Source: an uncultured Planctomycetaceae bacterium
GTDB taxonomy: Bacteria; Planctomycetota; Planctomycetia; Pirellulales; Thermoguttaceae
Assembly (NCBI GenBank): GCA_964473065.1
Contig: CAYYOX010000050.1
Span: 1 to 18,257, forward strand
DNA length: 18,257 nt
Reading direction: 5' to 3'
Within the stretch, counting starts at the first letter, position 1. Every line of letters begins with the position of its first letter. Shown one piece after another: positions 1-5,958 of the stretch. Both the position numbers and the translations under genes were made by a program. The notes below the pieces were generated by a model. It ran no database searches, was not told the origin of the DNA, and was given only the letters and a program-made list of their open reading frames with translations.

Positions 1-1077
1 CAAGCGGCCGGTGAACTCGTCGACGATCACGATCTCGCCGTCCTTGATCACGTAATTGACGTCGCATTTGTAGAGGTGATGGGCCTTCAGCGAGTTGTCG
101 ATCAGGTGAGGCCATTCCATGTGCCCGGCCGTGTAGAAACTCTCGACGCCGGCCAACTGCTCGGCCGCCCGAATCCCGTCGTCGGTCAAGTGGGCCGAAT
201 GTTCCTTCTCGTTGACCTCGAAGTGTTTTCCCTTGGTCAACTGCCGCGAAATCTTCTCAGCCTTGGCATATCGGGTGACGTCGTCGTGGGCCGGGCCGGA
301 GATGATCAGCGGCGTTCGGGCTTCGTCGATCAGGATGTTGTCCACTTCGTCGATGATCGCGTAGTGCCGGCGCCCTTGGGCCTGCTGCATGTGTTTCGGA
401 TAGCTGTCATCCCCCTTGGCCGCCGGTCGCATGTTGTCGCGCAAGTAATCGAACCCGAACTCGTTGTTCGTGCCGTAGGTGATGTCGCACTCGTAGGCCT
501 TCTGTCGGGCTCCCGGTCCGAACTTGGCGTCCATGTCGCTTTCGATCGCGTCGACGGTCAGTCCTAGTGACAAATAGAGCTTACCCATCCATTCCATATC
601 GCGTCGGGCCAGATAGTCGTTGACCGTCACCACATGGACACCTTTGCCTTCCAACGCGTTGAGATAAGCCGCCAGGGTGGCCACCAAGGTCTTGCCCTCG
701 CCGGTGACCATCTCGGCGATAGTCCCGCTATGCAGCACCATCCCGCCCTTCAGTTGCACGTCGTAGTGGCGCATCGCCAAGACGCGGCGCCCGGCCTCGC
801 GGCACAAGGCAAACGCCTCGACCAGCAGGTCGTCGAGCGTTTCGCCGGCGGCCAGTCGCTTGCGGAATCGGGGCGTCTGCTCCTTGAGTTCCCCGTCGGT
901 CATGGCCTGGTATTTCGGTTCCAGGGCATTGATTGCGTCGACCTGTGGTTGCAGTCGCTTCAAATATCGGGCGTTCGACGAGCCAAACATCCCGGTGATC
1001 GCGCGCTCAATACTCTTGGCCACGCCACCAAAGACGAGGCTTAGAATGTCTCCAATTCGGGAGAAAAGATCTTCCAT
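1..1077 (-). CDS. secA: Preprotein translocase ATPase SecA, N-terminal ~359 aa. Gene is 3'-truncated by the window edge and continues beyond position 1.
   Basis: Reverse-complement translation from the ATG at complement 1075-1077 reads [14 protein letters not shown]...[59 protein letters not shown]...[21 protein letters not shown]. This is the canonical SecA N-terminal DEAD-motor sequence, with a Walker A motif GEGKT. No stop codon before the window edge. An alternative start at complement 990 ([13 protein letters not shown]) is possible. No clear SD for either. Confidence 0.9.
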   Translation of the reverse strand, partial: MEDLFSRIGDILSLVFGGVAKSIERAITGMFGSSNARYLKRLQPQVDAINALEPKYQAMTDGELKEQTPRFRKRLAAGETLDDLLVEAFALCREAGRRVLAMRHYDVQLKGGMVLHSGTIAEMVTGEGKTLVATLAAYLNALEGKGVHVVTVNDYLARRDMEWMGKLYLSLGLTVDAIESDMDAKFGPGARQKAYECDITYGTNNEFGFDYLRDNMRPAAKGDDSYPKHMQQAQGRRHYAIIDEVDNILIDEARTPLIISGPAHDDVTRYAKAEKISRQLTKGKHFEVNEKEHSAHLTDDGIRAAEQLAGVESFYTAGHMEWPHLIDNSLKAHHLYKCDVNYVIKDGEIVIVDEFTGRL

Positions 1078-1257
1078 TGTGGTCAGCTAGGCAATATGGG
1101 TAACATGCGCAGGCGGGTCATTTGGCTATACCCCGATCGCTTCGGGGAACCGGTAGGAGGGCGCACTCAACTCCAACATGGCAATGTATATGCTGTGCTA
1201 CGTTTGGTCAAGAAAGGTTGTTTGACAGAAGCTACACCACAAGGGGGGTTTTGCCCC

Positions 1258-1400
1258 ATTTTACAAAGCCGCGACCGTTGGTCGCGCCCTCAGTAGCTGC
1301 ACTCGCCAGAGTGCGGTAGTCTCGCGTTGCCCGCGTTCTGGCGAACGCAGCTACATTCCCCGTATTTCCGGCGCGACCACCGGTCGCGGCTTTGTAATAC
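1258..1400. repeat. Composite REP-like / MITE-like element: two inverted copies of a ~27-nt palindromic unit (TACAAAGCCGCGACCGNNGGTCGCGCC) flanking a ~75-bp core
   Basis: 1262-1288 tacaaagccgcgaccgttggtcgcgcc is the reverse complement of 1370-1396 ggcgcgaccaccggtcgcggctttgta with one mismatch. Each unit is itself a hairpin (stem gcgacc/ggtcgc, 3-nt loop). The core also contains the IR gtagctgc...gcagctac. Confidence 0.75.
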
Positions 1401-1491
1401 TATTCGTCCACCCATCCGTTCCCTTGGTTCTGGTTGCTTGTTAGGATGGCGGGATTGTACTGTCCGTTTTCTCGAATCGGAGGAGATTGCC

Positions 1492-2619
1492 TTGAGTACC
1501 GTCCCCCTGAAAAATCCGCAACCGAATATCCAGCGTTTTCTCGACGCGATCCTCGGCCGCAAGGTTCCGGAAAAGGTTCCGATGGTCGAATATCTGATCG
1601 ACAACGTCGTGATGCAGCCTATCTTGGAGGAAACATTGGGCCGCACGTGGGTGCAACCCAGCGACAAGGACGAGTACATGGGCGGGCAGATGGAGCTTTC
1701 CAAGGAAGGCCGGGCGTCCACCCAGGCTTTTCTCGATAACGTGATCGCCTTCTGGTATCACATGGGCTACGACTTCGTGCGCGTCGAGGTCAGCCTGCCG
1801 TTGCCGGCCGTCTCGCACGTAACCCACGATACGGCCGAAGGACACCAAGACCTCAACCGTGCCTGGCAGGGGATGACCCAAGGCACGATCAACACCTGGG
1901 AAGATTTCGAGAAATATCCTTGGCCCGAGATCAACGACAACTGCTTCTTCATTCACGAGCATATTTGTGGGCAATTGCCCGACGGGCTGGGATTCATCAC
2001 CTGTCACGCGGGCGGCGTGTACGAGCACGTCTCGCGACTGTTGGGTTACGAAGGCCTCTGCCTGATGCTGCACGATAACCCCGAATTGCTCAAGGCGGTC
2101 ACCGACAAGCTGGGCGAACTGATCGAAGAGTACAATCGACGGCTGTTGCAGTTTGAAGGCGTGGCGGTGATCTTCCAGGGTGAGGACCTGGGGTTTAACA
2201 CGCAGACGCTCATTCCGCCGGACGACATTCGTCAATACTTTCTGCCCTGGCATAAGAAGTACGCCCAAATGTGTCACGACGCCGGGCGTCCTTACTTCCT
2301 GCACAGTTGCGGCGAGGTCACCTCGATCATGGACGATCTGATCGACGACGTGAAGATCGACGCCAAGCATTCGTTCCAAGACAACATCATGCCGGTGGCC
2401 CAGTGGAAAGAGCGATACGGCGACCGGATCGCGATGCTCGGCGGCGTGGACGTCGACAAGCTGACCAGCTACGAGCCGGCGCAAGTTCGCAAGTACGTGC
2501 GAGAAATCATCGAGCAGTGCGCCCCCGGCGGACGCTTCGCCATCGGCTCGGGCAATTCCATCCCCAGCTACATCCCCCCGGAAAACTACCTGGCCATGGT
2601 CGAGGAAGCCCTGGCGTAA
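1492..2619 (+). CDS. Uroporphyrinogen decarboxylase (URO-D) family protein, methyltransferase-like. Lacks the HemE N-terminal RQAGRY hallmark.
   Basis: ORF frame 1327..2619. Proposed TTG start at 1492, preceded by GGAGGAG (1479-1485) with 6-nt spacing. Protein NIQRFLDAILGRKVPEKVPMVEYLIDN...GGVDVDKLTSYEPAQVRKYVREIIEQCAPGGRFAIGSGNSIPSYIPPENYLAMVEEA resembles the URO-D / MtaA-CmuA fold family. The ORF upstream of 1492 runs through the repeat element, so that part is not coding. Confidence 0.75.
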   Translation: MSTVPLKNPQPNIQRFLDAILGRKVPEKVPMVEYLIDNVVMQPILEETLGRTWVQPSDKDEYMGGQMELSKEGRASTQAFLDNVIAFWYHMGYDFVRVEVSLPLPAVSHVTHDTAEGHQDLNRAWQGMTQGTINTWEDFEKYPWPEINDNCFFIHEHICGQLPDGLGFITCHAGGVYEHVSRLLGYEGLCLMLHDNPELLKAVTDKLGELIEEYNRRLLQFEGVAVIFQGEDLGFNTQTLIPPDDIRQYFLPWHKKYAQMCHDAGRPYFLHSCGEVTSIMDDLIDDVKIDAKHSFQDNIMPVAQWKERYGDRIAMLGGVDVDKLTSYEPAQVRKYVREIIEQCAPGGRFAIGSGNSIPSYIPPENYLAMVEEALA

Positions 2620-2620
2620 A

Positions 2621-2713
2621 ACCGCGACCTATAAAGCCGCGACCGCTGGTCGCGCCGGCGTAACTTTACGGCCATATCTTGCAGTAACCCCGGGCGCGAC
2701 CAGCGGTCGTGGC
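2621..2713. repeat. Second inverted pair of the same 27-nt REP-like palindromic unit, with a different ~40-bp core
   Basis: 2623-2648 tataaagccgcgaccgctggtcgcgcc versus 2687-2713 ggcgcgaccagcggtcgtggctttata, reverse complements with one mismatch. Confidence 0.75.
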
Positions 2714-2734
2714 TTTATACTTGTTGTGCGCGAC

Positions 2735-2788
2735 CAGCGGTCGCGGCTTTGTACTTATTGGGCGCGACCAGCGGTCGCGGCTTTATAG
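2735..2788. repeat. Two further tandem single copies of the REP-like unit (gcgcgaccagcggtcgcggctttgta / ggcgcgaccagcggtcgcggctttata)
   Basis: Direct sequence identity to the units at 1370-1396 and 2687-2713. They lie immediately upstream of the MBL hydrolase start. Confidence 0.75.
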
Positions 2789-2802
2789 GAACGGATGCTC
2801 CC

Positions 2803-3642
2803 TTGACTCGCACACCCATCACCACCGACATTACGGGCCAACTGGTTTTCCTGGGCACGGGCACGTCGCACGGGGTGCCGGTGATTGGCTGTGGTTGTGC
2901 GACTTGCACCAGCGATGATGAAAAGGACCGGCGAACCCGCTGTAGCATCGTGTTGGGGTTGCCCGAGGGGAATCTGCTGATCGACTCGCCACCCGACTTG
3001 CGGGTCCAATTGCTTCGCGAACAGATCGGGGTGGTTCATGCGGTGGCTTACACGCACGGTCATGCCGATCACCTGATGGGACTGGACGACTTGCGGATCT
3101 TCGCGTCCTACTTGGGCGACGACCTGCCCATCTATTGCGACGAACCGGTCGAAGCCCGCATCCGCCGGGCGTTCGACTACGCGTTCGATCCGGTAGCCCG
3201 GGCCTATCCGGCCGGCAGCGTGCCGCGATTGAACTTCCGGCCGATCACGGACAAGCCAATCGACGTGCTCGGCGCACAAGTCGTTCCGGTGGCGTTGGAG
3301 CACGGGCGATTCGACGTGTGGGGATTCCGCATCGGCGCGGTCGCCTACTGCACCGACGTGAACAAGATCCCCCCCCAGAGCATCGAGTTACTGCAAGGCC
3401 TGGACGTGCTGATCCTCGACGGCCTGCGTCGCCGACCGCACGCGACCCACTTCAGCCTCGACGAGGCAATCTGTGCGGCCGAAGGTATTGGTGCGAAGCG
3501 AACGCTGTTTACGCACATCAGCCACGACCTGCAACACGAAGCGACCAACGCCACCTTGCCGCCGAGTATGGAACTGGCCTACGACGGAATGAGAATTCCG
3601 TTGGGATTCAGTCGTTTAGCCGCCGCGGCCACGCGGTGTTAA
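2803..3642 (+). CDS. MBL-fold metallo-hydrolase, PhnP-like (phosphodiesterase-type with an extra Cys-rich metal site)
   Basis: Protein LVFLGTGTSHGVPVIGCGCATCTS...RTRCSIVL...HAVAYTHGHADHLMGLDDLR carries the HxHxDH metallo-beta-lactamase motif and the GTG...CxCxxC motif typical of PhnP-like enzymes. Start assigned to in-frame TTG 2803 just after the repeat units. The ORF-track start at 2749 lies inside the repeats. Confidence 0.75.
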   Translation: MTRTPITTDITGQLVFLGTGTSHGVPVIGCGCATCTSDDEKDRRTRCSIVLGLPEGNLLIDSPPDLRVQLLREQIGVVHAVAYTHGHADHLMGLDDLRIFASYLGDDLPIYCDEPVEARIRRAFDYAFDPVARAYPAGSVPRLNFRPITDKPIDVLGAQVVPVALEHGRFDVWGFRIGAVAYCTDVNKIPPQSIELLQGLDVLILDGLRRRPHATHFSLDEAICAAEGIGAKRTLFTHISHDLQHEATNATLPPSMELAYDGMRIPLGFSRLAAAATRC

Positions 3643-3686
3643 CCGGGCTGACCTGGAGTATTTGCCCCGTTTTTTCGTCAAGTTGG

Positions 3687-3728
3687 GGTGGCACGGGTGG
3701 CTCGTCCGCCCGTGCCACCACTTTTTTG
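3687..3728 (+). terminator. Rho-independent terminator after the URO-D/MBL gene pair
   Basis: ggtggcacgggtgg-ctcgtc-cgcccgtgccacc forms a ~13-bp GC-rich stem, followed by acttttttgg. Confidence 0.7.
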
Positions 3729-3776
3729 GCAAGGCAAGAATGAAGAACCGGCACATGCCGTCCCGATAGCATTAGT

Positions 3777-5024
3777 ATGAACCGGCCGGAACCAGCTTCC
3801 CCAGCAACTGTTTGCTTCGCGTTGTGTATCTTCGCGACCATGGGAAGCGGTCTGCTCCGGGCCGATCCGCCAACGGTCGTCGAGACCGAGATCGTCCATC
3901 ACGAAGACTTGCCGAGCACGGTCGCCGAGCGAGAATTCGATCCCGGGCTGCTGGGCACGCGGCTGCACGGCCGGGACGGTCTGGTTGCCGAATACATCTA
4001 CACGGGTGAAGTCTTCACCAACATCCGCGGAGGGCTCAACACGAACCGTGCGACCGAATACCGCGGCAACCTCGACCTGACCATCACGGCCAACTTGGAC
4101 CAGATGAACCTCCCTCCCGGCGGCACGTTTTTCATCTACGCAGAAGACGGGCACGGCCGGGGTATCTCCGAAGAGCACGTTGGCGACTTCCAGGTCCTGA
4201 GCAATCTCGACGCGCCCGATTTCATGCAGGTCAGCGAGTATTGGTGGGAGCGCACCTTGCTCGACGGGTGCATTATGGTCGCGCTGGGCAAGCAAGACGC
4301 CAATGTGGCTTTTGCCTCCGTACAGATGGGGCTGGACTTCATCAACTCCTCTTTTGGGTTCCATCCCACGATTCCCCTGCCGACTTTTCCCGATCCGAGT
4401 ATGGGGGCCGTAGTCCTGTTTCGACCCAACGACTGGCTCTCCTTCAACGCCGGCGTATGGGACGGCGCACCGGACGGCGGGAACTGGGGCTTCTCCGGGG
4501 AAGGCGTGACCTTCTCGATCTACGAGATTCAGACCGAGTACAAACTCTGGAATCTTCTGCACGGCGATGCGCATTGTGGTCTCTGGTATCACAGCGACCA
4601 GTTTGACAATCTTGCCGGCGGCGCGCCGTTTGACGGGAATCATGGCGTCGACATCGAGGTGGAACAGACCGTCCTGAAGGAACACGCTCACGACGAAGAA
4701 GACGTCCAAGGGCTGGGCGTATTCTTTCAATACGGCTGGGCGCCCAAAGACCGCAATGTGGCCCACCAGTACCTGGGCGTGGGAATGATTTACACGGGCC
4801 TGATCCCCGGCCGTGACGAAGATGTCTTGGGCTTGGGTATCGCGACCCTGCGGTTTAGCGATCGGTTACCCAACACCACGGTCGAATCGGCGATCGAGTT
4901 GTTCTACAAGATGCCGCTCTCGCCCTGGACCGCGATCCAACCCGACTTCCAATACATCGCAAATCCCAGTGGCAACGGACGCGACGCCTTGGTCTTTGGA
5001 CTGCGGTTCGAGGTCGTGCTATAA
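3777..5024 (+). CDS. Carbohydrate-selective porin, OprB family outer-membrane beta-barrel
   Basis: N-terminal signal peptide MNRPEPASPATVCFALCIFATMGSGLLRA. C-terminal YKMPLSPWTAIQPDFQYIANPSGNGRDALVFGLRFEVVL matches the OprB-family C-terminal signature (QPD.QY..NPGG...DA.V.GLR). Aromatic/Gly-rich beta-strand composition. Confidence 0.75.
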   Translation: MNRPEPASPATVCFALCIFATMGSGLLRADPPTVVETEIVHHEDLPSTVAEREFDPGLLGTRLHGRDGLVAEYIYTGEVFTNIRGGLNTNRATEYRGNLDLTITANLDQMNLPPGGTFFIYAEDGHGRGISEEHVGDFQVLSNLDAPDFMQVSEYWWERTLLDGCIMVALGKQDANVAFASVQMGLDFINSSFGFHPTIPLPTFPDPSMGAVVLFRPNDWLSFNAGVWDGAPDGGNWGFSGEGVTFSIYEIQTEYKLWNLLHGDAHCGLWYHSDQFDNLAGGAPFDGNHGVDIEVEQTVLKEHAHDEEDVQGLGVFFQYGWAPKDRNVAHQYLGVGMIYTGLIPGRDEDVLGLGIATLRFSDRLPNTTVESAIELFYKMPLSPWTAIQPDFQYIANPSGNGRDALVFGLRFEVVL

Positions 5025-5028
5025 AACG

Positions 5029-5127
5029 ACCGCGGGGTGGATTGAATCGCGGCGGACCCACGCGATGCGGGGATCCTACCGGAATCCCCCACGCGAGTCT
5101 CGCTGCGATTCAATCCACCCCGCGGTT
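5029..5127. terminator. Perfect 22-bp inverted repeat separated by 55 nt, with a nested imperfect hairpin. Probable bidirectional terminator between convergent genes.
   Basis: 5029-5050 accgcggggtggattgaatcgc is the exact reverse complement of 5106-5127 gcgattcaatccaccccgcggt. Inner cgcgatgcgggga / tcccccacgcg pairing. Sits between the porin stop (5024) and the minus-strand repeat-protein stop (5149). Confidence 0.5.
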
Positions 5128-5148
5128 CGGGTGACTCAGATGGTGCGA

Positions 5149-5673
5149 TCAGGCGATGGCGCGATCGAAGAATCGCGACGTGCGGCCACGCAAATGATAC
5201 CGGGCAGCGATCTGCTCGCCGGCGCGATCGAAGAATCGTGAAGTACGGCCACGCAAGTGATACCGGGCGGCAATCTGCTCGCCAACGCGATCAAAGAACC
5301 GCGATGTACGGCCACGCAGGTGATATCGGGCGGCAATCTGCTTGCCGACGCGATCGAAGAATCGCGACGTGCGACCACGCAGGTGATATCGGGCGGCGAT
5401 CTGATCGGCGTCGCTGCTCTGGCTGACGCTGACCCTGCGCGATCGGCTCTTGCTGCCCGTGGCGCCTCGCTTGAAAAACCGCGAGGTGCGTTTCCGCAAG
5501 TGATACCGGGCGGCCAGTTGGGTGCCGGCGGCGTCAAGGTTCGTCTCGGACCCGGCGGCCACTTTGCTCGCGGCATCGTCGGTCTGCGAAGTTCCACTGG
5601 CCAGACTGATGGTGAAGCAGGCCAACACGGCCACCAAGGCCAACACAATACTGATTCTTCCAAAGTTCGACAT
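5149..5673 (-). CDS. Small secreted or membrane-anchored protein with five tandem 21-aa basic repeats (Q-IAARYHLRGRTSRFFDR-xGE). Function unknown.
   Basis: 174-aa ORF. N-terminal hydrophobic signal/TM segment MSNFGRISIVLALVAVLACFTISLASG. Encoded by the 63-bp tandem DNA repeats. Repeat units differ mostly at synonymous positions while the peptide repeat is nearly invariant, arguing for real coding and purifying selection. AAGGGG-like SD about 6 nt upstream of the ATG. Confidence 0.6.
   Translation of the reverse strand: MSNFGRISIVLALVAVLACFTISLASGTSQTDDAASKVAAGSETNLDAAGTQLAARYHLRKRTSRFFKRGATGSKSRSRRVSVSQSSDADQIAARYHLRGRTSRFFDRVGKQIAARYHLRGRTSRFFDRVGEQIAARYHLRGRTSRFFDRAGEQIAARYHLRGRTSRFFDRAIA
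5159..5527. repeat. 63-bp tandem repeat array, 4 full units plus 1 degenerate unit, coding on the minus strand
   Basis: Units begin at 5159, 5222, 5285 and 5348, e.g. gcgcgatcgaagaatcgcgacgtgcggccacgcaaatgataccgggcagcgatctgctcgccg. A degenerate copy lies at 5470-5527. The units are contiguous with no spacers, so this is not a CRISPR array. Confidence 0.85.
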
Positions 5674-5958
5674 GAAAAGCCCCTTTCAAAAGGTGTGCAA
5701 CAGCGGCTGGGTAATTTGCCGGAGGGTACGACGAAGCAAGCCACGAACTTTGCCTCGTCTGATCTTCCCCCATTATGTTAAGGATTCTGTAGTGGATCAA
5801 CAACAAAACCCGCTTCAGGCATTGTAGGCAACCTAGGCCGGCCCGGCAATCGCTATGCCCGTCCGTACCCTAGCAATCGGTGCAATCGGCAGTTTGACGC
5901 AACTCGTTGCCAGCCTTGATAATCCGTCGCCCAAATCGCCGGAAAAGGGCCCCTGCGA

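Noticed and set aside
1096-1721. Short ORFs (60-143 aa) overlapping the REP-like elements, recurring peptide KPRPLVAP
   Set aside because: The shared peptide is simply the translation of the repeated palindromic unit. The ORFs have no start context and span structured repeats.
1441-2484. 347-aa minus-strand ORF antisense to the URO-D-like gene
   Set aside because: Same GC-rich antisense artefact. The plus-strand product has coherent fold-family similarity.
3678-4766. 362-aa minus-strand ORF antisense to the porin gene
   Set aside because: Arg/Gly/Val/Ala-rich low-complexity translation typical of antisense frames in high-GC DNA. No recognisable motif, whereas the plus-strand ORF has clear OprB signatures.
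5159-5527. Tandem repeat array considered as a possible CRISPR array
   Set aside because: Units are directly contiguous (63-nt period) with no unique spacers. The array sits in-frame within a signal-peptide ORF with synonymous-biased variation.
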